64,000 nucleotides of DNA. Source: Octopus vulgaris. Its lineage: Eukaryota. The position numbers were made by a program, and so were the translations under genes. The notes beneath the pieces are model-generated. The model was not told the DNA's origin. It worked only from the letters and a program-made list of their open reading frames with translations, and searched no databases. The stretch spans positions 7,006,001 through 7,070,000 of the forward strand of contig OX597827.1 in the NCBI GenBank assembly GCA_951406725.2, in the 5' to 3' direction. Of this stretch, positions 36,542 to 48,374 are shown piece by piece. How positions within the stretch are numbered: position 1 is the stretch's first letter; each line of letters starts with the position of its first letter.

Positions 36542-36800
36542 TGTGGAGACGCGTGGCTTAGTGGTTAGGGTGTCAGCTCCATGATCTTAAGATTGTGGTT
36601 TCGATTCCTGGACCGGGAGACGCATTGTGTTCTTGAGCAAAACACTTCATTTCACGTTGCTCCAGTCCACTCAGCTGGCAAAAATGAGTAATGCTGTGAT
36701 GGACTGGCGTCCCATCCATTTGGGGGAACACATACGCCATAGAAACCAGGAAACCGGGCCCCTGAGCCTGGCTAGGCTTTAAAAGGGCACATTTATTTAT
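36542..36800 (+). mobile_element. tRNA-derived SINE
   Basis: Head TGTGGAGACGCGTGGCTTAGTGGTTAGG...TTCGATTCC; tail AGAAACCAGGAAACCGGGCCC...GGGCACATTTATTT shared with the 16630 copy. Confidence 0.7.
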
Positions 36801-37003
36801 TTATATTGAAATATAGAAAATGAACTCACTTTTAAACTAAAAAGATGGACAATCAGTTGATCGAATTAGTATTTACATCTTTGGTGTTATAATTATATCA
36901 ATCCCTTATTTAATATTCATTTCAACTTTTGACCTCCTAGTATTGTTGGAGATATATGGCATACATCTTAGCAAAATAGAAATATTCAACATTTCTAACT
37001 TAC

Positions 37004-37154
37004 CCGGCAGTTCCTCATAGTGCCCAGCATTACTGACACTCCAGTCATGACCACTATCAGTGTGAGATGACAATGTTGACATCTCACTGAATTGGTCAGC
37101 ACTGTTTAGGTCTCTGTAACCTGGAGACATGCTTTCTTCCCTTGGAACAAACAT
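37004..37154 (-). CDS. Protocadherin E, 151-nt cytoplasmic exon
   Basis: AG at 37155-37156, GTAAGT donor. MFVPREESMSPGYRDLNSADQFSEMSTLSSHTDSGHDWSVSNAGHYEELP. Confidence 0.92.
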
Positions 37155-37359
37155 CTAAAATTATAAATTCAGTGGATCTTCATAATGTTCTGGACATTCA
37201 AAAATGAAAATATAAAATATAAACCAGAAATTAAAATATCAACAAACCATCAAGTGGAATATTAATTTCTTAACTATGGTACAAGTCATAGGCTAAAAAG
37301 TTGAACTCTAACATAGACACAAGACAGTAATCAGAATATTTGAACCAATCATAGCATAT

Positions 37360-37588
37360 TTAACCCTTTAGCATTTAAACCGGCCATATCCAGTCAAAAG
37401 TATTCTGCCTATTTTATGTTCAAACTGGCCAGATCTGGTCTCTCACACCAAACCTACAATATCGTTTTAAAAATTAACAGCGACCTCATCAAAATCTCAT
37501 AGCTCCAAGATAATGCCTGATTAGCTCAAAACAATGTAGATGAAGAAGCATTAATTTTGGCAGAATAATGCGAACATTAAAGGGTTAA
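37360..37588. mobile_element. piggyBac-type MITE with TTAA target duplication
   Basis: TTAA-CCCTTTAG...TAAAGGG-TTAA. The paralogous intron of gene B (~5785-5810) shows the empty site. Confidence 0.8.
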
Positions 37589-37697
37589 TGTTCTTTGTCT
37601 CCAGAATATCTACAAAATTACTATCTCTTGACACAGACTACTATAACTGTTGAATTGGCAATGATTAAAAAAGTTTAAAGAAGAAAATAAGACTCGT

Positions 37698-38170
37698 ATT
37701 ATATCCTGAACGCCTTACTTCCCTGGGCATGGATACATTGAAACTCCGATGTCTGCCAGCTGATTTGATAGACATCCATAAAATTATTAACCATCATACA
37801 AACAATAACTCTGAGCACCTTTTCAAACTCCACCTCTCTAACACCTGTGGACATATTTACAAAGTCAGAAAACAGCACAGCTCCCATGACTTTCGGAAAC
37901 ATTTTTTCATGCTGAGAGTTGCTGAAGCATGGAACAAACTGCCGGCATCAGTTGTTAGTTGTCGGAGCACTGCATCCTTCAAAACTTCCATGCTTCCTGA
38001 GATTCGCCAACACTACACCTGATTTCCTCCCCTCCATACACACACAAGTATGTATCTGTCTCATACACTGTTCCAGACATTTGTACATTACTGCATATGC
38101 TTTATATGCACTTTCTGACAAGTTGCGGTGCACCTGAGCACTGTATACAATAATTTCATTATCATATTAT
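37698..38170 (+). mobile_element. CR1/L2-type LINE 3' fragment
   Basis: ORF 37729-38022 is similar to the other copies; ATT-rich tail. Confidence 0.82.
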
Positions 38171-38998
38171 AATTTAGCTAGCCAAGTTCAATGAGGGTAT
38201 GAATAACACTGTAACAAAATTTTTTATTTTTTCTGTCTTTGGTCAGTAATTATTATATCCTAATTGCTTCTATCTAGAAATCAAACGAAATGACTACTAT
38301 TCCCTTCAAATTTTGCTTTTGACATCAATGTTTTCAAACTCACCGATTTTCCATTACATTTCAGACACATTTCAGACACTTCACTGAGTGGCTGAAGCAG
38401 AACTATCTTTACAGCAAATGTTCTGCTCAATACCACAGGTTTGCTTCTCAGTTGTTTGGCCTTGACCGCTTGAGCATATCTCTTAGTGGCATATCTCGTA
38501 TTCAATATATATTTGTAGGTTCTGAATTTCTATTGCAGCTCTTACATGGTGTGGTTTAATAGTAATACAAGTGAATATCGGTAAAGATTGTAGTCAGAGA
38601 AATGGTGGATGATGTCTAAGAAGATATACTACTATAGGGGATCACTTGATTGAGTGGTGACTTACTGAAATCGAAGAGGTTGATCTATTTATAACATCAT
38701 TTACTACAGCTTCAAAATTTTTAGTAATCTTTAAACGCTACATAGAGATTACTGTCTTTGGTTGGAACAAAACTACGATCTGCAAAAGCAACTGTGTTTA
38801 AGGAAGATTATCTAGAAACCATTTCTGCAATTGAAATCTCAGATTTTGAGGTTCACACTTCACCAAGGTAAAAGTATATGTTACTTTGAATATATCTTTA
38901 CATTTTAAAGGCAAAATTCTGTTTTTAATCTGTACAGAAGAAGCTGCATTTGAAATGATTAAAAATTAATATGCAAAATGGCAAAAATTTCATCTTAC

Positions 38999-41389
38999 CT
39001 GATTGTTTTCTCTTGAAGCCTGATCATTCCATCTATAAGACATAGTTCTGCAGTGAATATTGTCTCTGTCTACCATTGGTTGTTGAAATTTTTTCACATT
39101 TCTCTCCATTGTGTACTGAACTCCAGGAGGAACACAGGTAGGGTCAAATGTATATTTCGGTTGGATGTTTAATGTAGGTGTAACCTTGTGGTACATATCA
39201 ACACTGTTGTTATAGTTGCTGTCTGTCTGCTTCAGTCTATGAACTATACAGATTGATATGGAGATCACTATGACAACTGATACGATCACAGCTGCTATAA
39301 CAATAACAATCATCACATTCAATTGGAGACCATTACTTGATTCTGTTGTTGTCTTTGAAGGGGCCTTAAATATCTTTGATGTGGTGTTACTAACTGTTAG
39401 AGTCAAAGACAAAGTTGTTGTCGATGACAGAACTGGACTGCCACTGTCTTTCACACCTAATTCCAGTTCATAGAATCCAGCATCATTTTGGTAAAGTGAG
39501 CGAGAGAAAGATAAGACACCAGAGTGATGGTTCATTTGAAATAAGTGTTTCTCATTACCTCTGAGTATTTCATATGTGAGGAAGGCATTGTGTTGACTGT
39601 CTCTGTCAGAGGCCCTAACAACTGTGATGTCATGGTCAGAGTGGGGATGGTAGTGGACATTCAGACTGAAAGGGTCAACATTAGGGAAACTGAAATAGGG
39701 AGCATTATCATTTAAATCCATAACCTCAACAACAACATTTGCTCTCTTCTCCAGTGATGGTGTTCCTTTATCTTTTACTAAAACCTTAAACTCATACAGG
39801 TTCTTTTCTTCTCTGTCTAGGGTCTCAGTTGTGGAAATGAATCCCACATCAGATATCTGAAATGGTAGAATATCTTTTCCATTAGATAATAGAGAATAGG
39901 TTAATTGTCCTCCATCTCCAATATCTGGGTCTGTGGCATTGACATATCCAACAGGGAAGTCTTTGTGTTCATTTTCATAGGTGAGAAACTTAAATATGTC
40001 CTGACTAAACTGAGGTTGTACATCATTTATGTCAGTAACCAGCATACAAAACTGTTTCTCTACTTTCAATGGAGGTAAACCATTATCTTGACATTTAATG
40101 GTGAAATTAAAGCTCTTCTCACTCTCTCTATCTATTTCACTCTTGACAACAACTTTGTATTTCTCTGCAGATACTAAGATTAGCTGAAGATATCTGTTTT
40201 GTAAATGACACTTCACTTGTCCATTTTCTCCACTGTCAGTGTCAGTAACTTTGACATAAGCAACAAAACTGTGAATTTTAGATGCTTCTGAGATGAAAGC
40301 TGTTTTGTTTCCTGCTGACTTTAAGATAAATTTTACATGGATTTTTGGTGGATTATTAAGGTAACTGATCCCTTTAATAAGGATGGTGGCTGTTGAAGAC
40401 ATAGGTATTTTTCCATTATCTGTGGCTTCAACTAACAATTTATAGATTTTTCCAAATTCAAATTCTTTCTTCACAAATAATTCTCCAGATGTCTGATTTA
40501 AAATAAAGAATTTCTTATCTTTATCTAAGGTGTCAGGACTGAATGTATACAGAATTTGTCCATTCATACCCTGATCTACATCTGTAGCAGTTAAATTCAA
40601 AATAGGTTTATGCAAATTCTGTGTATCTTTTACTGTGACATTATAAATACTTTGGGAGAATACAGGTGCATTGTCATTCTTATCTCTTACTAAAATATGG
40701 ATGGCCATATCTGCTTGTTTTGGAGGAGATCCCCCATCTGTAGCCATTAGAAGAAGATCGTAATTTTTCTTCATTTCTCTGTCTAGTTTTCCATTCAGAA
40801 TTAATTCTATTTTACTTTTCCGGTCAGAAATTTTTATTACCATTAATTGGAAAGTTTTATTAATATTATTCCTCAGTTCATAAGAAAGCTTTGAGTTCTG
40901 AATACTGACATCTTTGTCAATGGCATTTGGAAGTGTTTCTTTTCTTCCTTTTAATGCACTTTCATCAAATGCTAACTGAAATTCTTTGTTTGGGAAAATG
41001 GGAGAATTATCATTGACATCTTCTATCATAACTTTGATTTCTAATATCTTGAGAAAAGAATGACCATGGTGAACTGCTATTTCCAATATCCTGAAACATT
41101 CCACATTATATTGACACAGAATTTCTGCATCCAATATGGCAGCTGTGTGCAGTTGTCCTCCAGGTGTAACATTAAACAATTGAACACTTCCATCAGTATT
41201 ACCCTGGAGTATATTAAATGTCAGCTTGTTGCTGTTATCTTGAGACTGTATATTATCCAATAAGTGTGTATCAGTGACAATATCTCCAATAAAGCTGTGT
41301 ATATCATTGTTCTCTTTCACATGGTAGGTATGATCCACACACCAACAATTGTTAACCATTAACAACATCAATAATATTAAGGTAAACAT
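38999..41389 (-). CDS. Protocadherin E, ectodomain/TM exon; spliced product ~945 aa
   Basis: ORF 38990-41440; acceptor at 41422-41423, ATG at 41389 (MFTLIL...), donor CAG|GTAAGA at 38999. Confidence 0.95.
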
Positions 41390-41880
41390 CTCTTTAATTT
41401 TCTTCAATATATTCCACTGGTCTGAAATGGATATGTACATAGGAAACAGATATGGTTATACTCTTCTAATGTAATTATATAAAAATAAATTATGCATACT
41501 GTAGCAAGGTCAAAGTAATCTGAACATTAATAACAATTACAGAATACATTAACCCTTTGTCTTGATGAATATAATTTTGATAATATAGAAGCTACAGTAT
41601 AGAATACTGTTAATTACAGTTAATGTTATGCAGTGGGAAAGAAATTGAAATCACATGGTCAAGAAGTGACCTTGTTAACTAAACAGTTATGCCTGCACCT
41701 ACATTAAGCTTGCATGCTCATTGCACAATCTATAAATATTCTGTATTTTCCATTATTCATTAGTTAGTGTAGGGATGTCTAAAAACATGCATGCACACAC
41801 AGTTTAAAATATAAGCATATAATCTTGCTTTGAAATGGAACTTAAGGAATCTAACAGAATTTCTCAGCAGCATGGTATAA

Positions 41881-42269
41881 TCTCTATATATATAAACCTG
41901 AAGTTGTCTGTGAATGGCAGGTTTGATAGCCTTCAACTAACACTATCTCCTCCGAAACCCTGCGGTGCAAGTTGATCAAAATTGAGAGTAAGATAAAAGG
42001 CTTGCTCTTCCTTCCGTAGAAGAAAAATTTCAAATTGGACCATGTTAGCACCAAAAATTATTTACAACAAAAACGTGCTTTTTTTCTATGAAAATACCTA
42101 TTTTTTACGATTTTTTTACTGCTGTGTCACCATTTTTCGGTGTATTTCAACCTGAAAAATGTTCACTTAAAGAGAATAACAAGCTACATAATGCAAAATT
42201 TTTACTTTTTAAAAATTCCAATTCTAAAGGGTCGAAACAAACCTGAGAAACCCCGGGCGATACAGGTAG
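41881..42269 (+). mobile_element. Non-autonomous Helitron-like element
   Basis: 5' TCTCTATATATATAAA; 3' end ACCTGAGAAACCCCGGGCGATACAGGTAG|T similar to 23917-23945. Confidence 0.6.
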
Positions 42270-42525
42270 TTAACAACACTGAACACCTTTTTGATCTCCA
42301 TGTGTCTAACACACGTGGACATGTCTACAAAGTCAGAAAACAACACAGCTCCCATGACTTTCGGAAACATTTTTTCACGCTCAGAGTTGCTGAAGCATGG
42401 AATAAACTGCCTGTGTCAGTTGTTGACTGCCATGACACTGCATCCTTTAAGGCCCTCATGCTTTCCGAAATCCGCCGAAACTACACCTGATTATATATAC
42501 ACAATTATTATTATTATTATTATTA
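42270..42525 (+). mobile_element. CR1/L2-type LINE 3' fragment
   Basis: NTRGHVYKVRKQHSSHDFRKHFFTLRVAEAWNKLP and (ATT)n tail. Confidence 0.8.
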
Positions 42526-42898
42526 TATAACGATTAGCTGTCACATGCACAAAAGGGCAGGAAAGTATGACTGAGTAGGTTATACCATTTGTGTCACTCA
42601 CCAGCAAGAATGGCTTCAATGCTTTCACTGACTGTTTTAGGTGTCTATATAATCATAAGCAAAAACAAACTACTTTTGGCTCTCTCATCCTTCACCCAGT
42701 GAAACATCAAAGATGTGACGGTTAGCAGAAGAAAGAACTGCACCAGTACTGAGTTGGTAATCCTCCACAGCTGAGCAGACTGGGGCAATAAGAAGTGACA
42801 TGCTTTACTCAAGGACAAAACTCACTGCTCAGTCCAGGATTTGAAACCCCGAGATCATGTGATAGTTTGCCCAACAGCCTAACCACTGGACCATGCAT

Positions 42899-42942
<44 letters not shown>

Positions 42943-44255
42943 GTATGGGTGAGTAGTTAAGAAGTTTGCTTCCCACCCACACGGTTTCGGGGTTAGTCTT
43001 ACAATATGACACGTAGGGAAAGTATCTTTTAATAAAGTCTAAGGCCAACCAAAACCTTGTGAGTGAATTTAGTAGACATCACCATCATCATCATCGTTTA
43101 ACGTCCGCTTTCCATGCTAGCATGGGTGGGACGATTTTGACTGAGGGCTGGCGAACCAGATGGCTGCACCAGACTCGAATCTTGATCTGGCAGAGTTTCT
43201 ACAGCTGGATGCCCTTCCTAATGCCAACCACTCCGAGAGTGTAGTGGGTGCTAAGAAAGAAACCTGTCCTATGTTTGTGTGTGTGTTTGTGTATGTGTAT
43301 GTGTCTCCTGGTGTTGCCAACACTTAATTGTTGCAGATGAAGGTTATCTAATTACCATATTCTGCAAAAACATGTCTGGCCTTGGGAAAATATCGCGTTG
43401 CCTAAAAACGGATAATGGTTAGCAACAGGAAGGGTGCCCAGTCGGAGGAAAATCTGCTTAATTGCAATCTATCTGAGCCATGCAAGCATGATAAACAAAG
43501 AACTTAATGATGGTAATGACAATAAAGATGATGATTGTGGGTGGTGAAGGGGGGGGTGTTTAGAAAAAAATAAAAATTAAGAAATTCACAGTCTGGTCCT
43601 AAACTTTAATCTTGACCCTTGAATAAATTTTTTGGTGGTTCAAGATTGTAAGACTTGTCCCAAAAAAGTTTACGAAATAATTTACTTTGCATCGTGAAAT
43701 TTTTCTATTTATTTTTTTCGAAAGCACTAATTTGTACCGAATTTACTATTTCACTAAGAATAGCCTCCCTTGTTCCCAGCTTATTTACACTCTGTTCTAA
43801 TAATAGAATATGATGAAAATAAGACATATCAAATTTACAATGCAGCATGGAAATTCGATTATCAAGTATATATATATATATATATATATATATCTTATGA
43901 TATCCTATTATTTTACGTTAACGTCCTGACTAAATATGGTGCACAATATTACAAAGATATTTTGAAAATTATAATTATTAAATACATCTGTAAGTGATAA
44001 AGTTCTACATCAGAATATTTCTTAACACCAACGTTATATATTTGTTAAAGGTAACGCAGGTGATAATGAAAATTAAGTCCTTACTTAAATAACATGAGGA
44101 TGTGGAAGTCACTAAACTTATTTTTATTGTTGTTTCTTGGAGAGAGAGACAGAGAGAGAGAGACAGACAGACAGACAGAGAGAAAGAGAGAGAGAGTGTT
44201 ATAAATGTCTAAATAAATTATTTAAGCATAACAGAAACTTTTAAGAAATACTTAC

Positions 44256-44515
44256 CAAGTTGTTTCTGCTTCTACCAGTTGCTTCTACAGTTGTAACTGT
44301 ATTGTTCCAGTGTTCTGGTAACGAAGTTGTAATAATAGTAGGAGCTTGGTATGTGACACACACTGTTACATAGTTCTATCAAGTTGGTTTGTGTAGAATG
44401 TAATGTGTGTTGTGGCCAATGACAAGCTGTCTTTTATTCCAATGCAAGGAAACGGAAGTACAGCCTCCAGTTCTTGAAGTAAATGATGGGCTGACTCACA
44501 GACAAGTTTACTCCC
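44256..44515 (-). promoter_or_regulatory. Gene E non-coding 5' exon and conserved promoter-like cassette
   Basis: Donor CTTG|GTAAGT at 44256; CCAAT at 44416, ACGGAAGT and TGACTCA intact. Confidence 0.75.
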
Positions 44516-45665
44516 CCCCACCACACACATATATATACATAAGTGTGTGTGAACATATGGAGTATATAATTTATGAGTATGGTTTATGAAAACGTTAGTG
44601 TGCCGAACATTGTGGTCAAACACTAAATAAATGCTGAAAAATGTTATTATGAAATACTTGAAAGTATTTTAATTATCAATGAAAATAATTGCTATTTCAC
44701 GATTTAAGTAAAAGTTATAAAGCTTTTTATAAATCAAGTTTTTAAATTTCTATTGGCTTGACATAACTTTTTACTCACCAAATCTATAATATCAGTTTTT
44801 AAATATTTTTAGAGTAGTTTATCTCATTATTAAATTACTGAAATACTTATAAAATTGTAGATTATATTAAAAGTGGCATGCTTAAAGTGAGAATATGAAT
44901 AAATGGAATATCTCAAAAACAGATTTTGCAAAAGAATTATATCCTTAGAAGTTTGCATCTTTTTGTACAATTAAATTTTTTGGTTCAAATTCTATGTCTA
45001 TGACGATTTTAACATATTTTGCTGTTTTAAATTAGTTTAACAAATGCATGTAAAACTATATATATATGTATATATATATTTAGCTCTGTCTATTGATCTA
45101 TCATGTGTGATTTTGTTAGGACAAGATTAACGAAGAAAGATAAAAATTTGCTTTTTTCTAATGAAATATTGCATCCCTTCTTAAAATATTTGTAATGGAA
45201 ATTAACAAAGATGTGCTTTGTGTTATCCCATAATCAGAAACTATTTCATTATAAAACTTGAGTTCGGGGAACACATCAATCTTGTCTCTGAAATGTTTCA
45301 ATAAATTGTTGCTTAAATTGCTCTTATATCAATTATTTAAATTACAATTATAACAATTAAAAACTAGGCAGTTGGAGATTCATTCTCTTTAGTAAATATC
45401 CAACTCAAAATAGTAACTTAGAAAAAATTCTATTAGTATTAAAATTACGTCTTACAAGAAATTTCATTTCTAGACAAAAATTGTAATTGTAAGCCATTAA
45501 AGAATAAATAGTTCGCTATCATGACACGAAAGATAAATATGGATATATACCATGTGTTTGCTTCAGTTATGCAACTCTTGTGATAGATTTAGTGCCTTAA
45601 AGATGCATGCAGTTAATCTCAGACTTGCATCTACCACATCAGCTAAAACTATAAAAAAAAATTAT

Positions 45666-45925
45666 GAAACTGAAAGAAGCCTGTCGTATATATGTATATA
45701 TGTATGTGTGTGTGTATGTTTGTGTGTCTGTGTTTGTCCCCCTAGCATTGCTTGACAACCGATGCTGGTGTGTTTACGTCCCCGTCATCTAGTGGTTCGG
45801 CAAAAAGAGACCGATAGAATAAGTACTGGGCTTACAAAGAATAAGTCCCGGGGTCGATTTGCTCGACTAAAAGTCGGTGCTCCAGCATGTCCGCAGTCAA
45901 ATGACTGAAACAAGTAAAAAAGAAA
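45666..45925 (+). mobile_element. 5'-truncated SINE (family 1)
   Basis: Body and tail match 35565-35840. Confidence 0.8.
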
Positions 45926-46052
45926 AAAAGAAAAAGAAAGAAAAAAGATTCTTAGTAACATTGTTATATTTAAACAAATTGCCTATTAGTATTTTTCAGA
46001 CACTTTAGGTATTGTTTTGTTTGTATGCTTTTTGTTTTTTTCAAGTATGGAC

Positions 46053-46366
46053 TTAGTTGTTTAGTGTTGTTACAGGAGGTACTGGAGGTACCCTTGGCAG
46101 TGTTTTTACTTTTGGTACAGCTGAGAGAGGTACTTTACTACTTGAAGTAAAGTCGTTTGTCCTTGCTACTGTAGATGGATGTTTAGTTATACTCGATGTG
46201 GTCCCAATTATAGTCAAGGGTATTTGATGATCTTGATGATAGGAAGAGTCCATATCAACCTCTGGTTGAAAGGGATAGCCATTGTTATCTCCCTTTGATC
46301 TGTTCAGTGTGTGTGGAAGTCGATTTCTCCTAATCCATGTAAGATCACTTTGGTAACGGCACAGAT
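46053..46366 (-). CDS. Protocadherin F, last exon
   Basis: AG at 46367-46368. (D)LCRYQSDLTWIRRNRLPHTLNRSKGDNN... in frame with ORF 46053-46253. Confidence 0.88.
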
Positions 46367-46663
46367 CTGAAAACAGTTACATTTAAAGATTATAATGCAA
46401 TTTGAGTATTGTACCAAAAAAAATGAAGGATAAATTCTAAGAGTACATTCTTTATCTTGACATAAGAACTAAAGGGCGTTTGTGTGTGTATGCACGTATA
46501 CGTTGAGATGTACATAACTAAATATTTTGCTGCCTTACAACTGATATCACAGAAAGGAAAATGTGCTTTAGACAAAAAGCTTTGATTTAAAAAGAACTTC
46601 AAAAATGTTATCATTAAAATAAAGCAACAGTCACGGGAATGGAAACAAGAATTTATCTCTTAC

Positions 46664-46814
46664 CTGGTAGTTCTTCATAATGTCCAGCACTACCGACACT
46701 CCATCCATGACCACTATCATTATGAGATGATAATGTTGACATTTCACTAAATTGGTCAGCACTGTTTAGTTCTCTATAACCTGGAGACATGCTCTCTTCT
46801 CTTGGAACGAATAC
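46664..46814 (-). CDS. Protocadherin F, 151-nt cytoplasmic exon
   Basis: AG at 46815-46816, GTAAGA donor. VFVPREESMSPGYRELNSADQFSEMSTLSSHNDSGHGWSVGSAGHYEELP. Confidence 0.92.
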
Positions 46815-47363
46815 CTAAATTTTGAGATGCCATAATGAATAGGAAATTTGGAAGAAGACAACAAAAATTTATTAAATACACAACTCATGGAAAAAAAGAA
46901 ACCAGCTGATATAAAGTTCCATTAAACTTTAGTCAAATTGCACTTAATCAATCATTATTCAACCTGTCATTATATACTTTCTGTTAAGGCAGTGGGCTGG
47001 CAGAATCATTGGTACATAAGACAAAATGCTTAGTGTCATTCTATCTGTCTTTATATTCTGAGTTCAAATTCTGCCTTTCTTCCTTTCAGGGTCGATAAAT
47101 TAAGTACCAGTTTCGCACTGGAGTCAATGTAATCGACTTAATCCCTTTGTCTGTCCTTGTTTGTCCCCTCTATGTTTAGCCCCTTGTGGGCAATAAAGAA
47201 ATAAGAAACTTTGGAAGCCTGTCATATGTGTGCGTACCTTTGTCTCTTACAGCAACTTGTATCGGTTTATTTACATCCCCAGCAAAAAATTACCTGACTT
47301 AAAATTAGTACTAGGGTTGATTACATTCTACAAGGCTGTAGCTCAGTATGGAGTATCCGGAAC

Positions 47364-47550
47364 TATTATTATTATTATTATTTCATTTTTCCTGTACGAA
47401 TAACAGATTAGACTGTTGGAAAAAAATTCCTAACATTGGTCTACAACAAGTAACGTCAGATGCCACAAACCTTCCTAAGGATCCTAGCTATCCTCAGTAA
47501 TACTGTTTTCTGGAGTTGTACTAAAGTAGGTTTTATGTGTTCCATTCTTT
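47364..47550 (-). mobile_element. 3' end fragment of a non-LTR retrotransposon of the restriction-like-endonuclease type
   Basis: LQKTVLLRIARILRKVCGI* resembles the LQKxVLLGTARILRK C-terminus of R4-like elements; followed by an (AAT)n tail. Confidence 0.55.
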
Positions 47551-48041
47551 TGGAGTTGATAAAATAATTGTTGAACACTGAGATCGATGTAAACATCTTA
47601 TCCTCTAACCCAAAATTGCTAATTTTCAGCCAAAATTTGTAATCATTATTGAAGGATATATTTTTTAATTTGATTCTGCATAAAACAGATATCATCACAA
47701 TAACATGAAATGTTTCGTTTATAAAGAATGAGTTTAAATTACCAAAGAAATCATTCAACAATAAATATCCTATGGTACAAAAGTGACATTTTTGTTGTTA
47801 TATAATGGTAATTATTACACACATGTGAGTGAGAACACTTTGAGATATTTTTGGTATCTAACATATGTCAGATACTGCGAGCGCTGCTTCTGATTGGTCA
47901 ATCCATGGTGATGACCCGAAGTCACGGTGACGGCACTACTTTTGTCATTCATAAGTTACAAATAAACGTGAAGAATTTAGTTATTGGGTTAATAAAATAT
48001 GGTCGTTTATTCGTGTGTAATATAAAAAAATACCAAACGAG

Positions 48042-48159
48042 TTCCCTATGGATACCGTATTTATTACAACGAGTGGCTTGTAAACGTATCTAACGAGCTT
48101 TCGCTCGTTAGATACGTTTACGAGCCACTCGTTGTAATAAATACGGTATCCATAGGGAA
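48042..48159. repeat. Near-perfect 57 bp-arm hairpin in intron 2 of gene F
   Basis: 48042-48098 is the reverse complement of 48103-48159 with one mismatch (48079/48122); 4-nt loop. Confidence 0.95.
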
Positions 48160-48374
48160 TGAGTTGGTATTCTCTATTTATCTTCCATTCAGATTGTTGT
48201 TAATCGAAATATTGAGAACATTTAATAAACTATAGTACACACACACACACACACACGAGATTTCTTTCATGCAGTTTCTATTGGCCAAATTCACTCACAA
48301 TGCATTGGTCAAACTAGGCTTCAGTAATTAATACACATATTTCAACATTATTAAATAGCTGACAAATATTTTAC

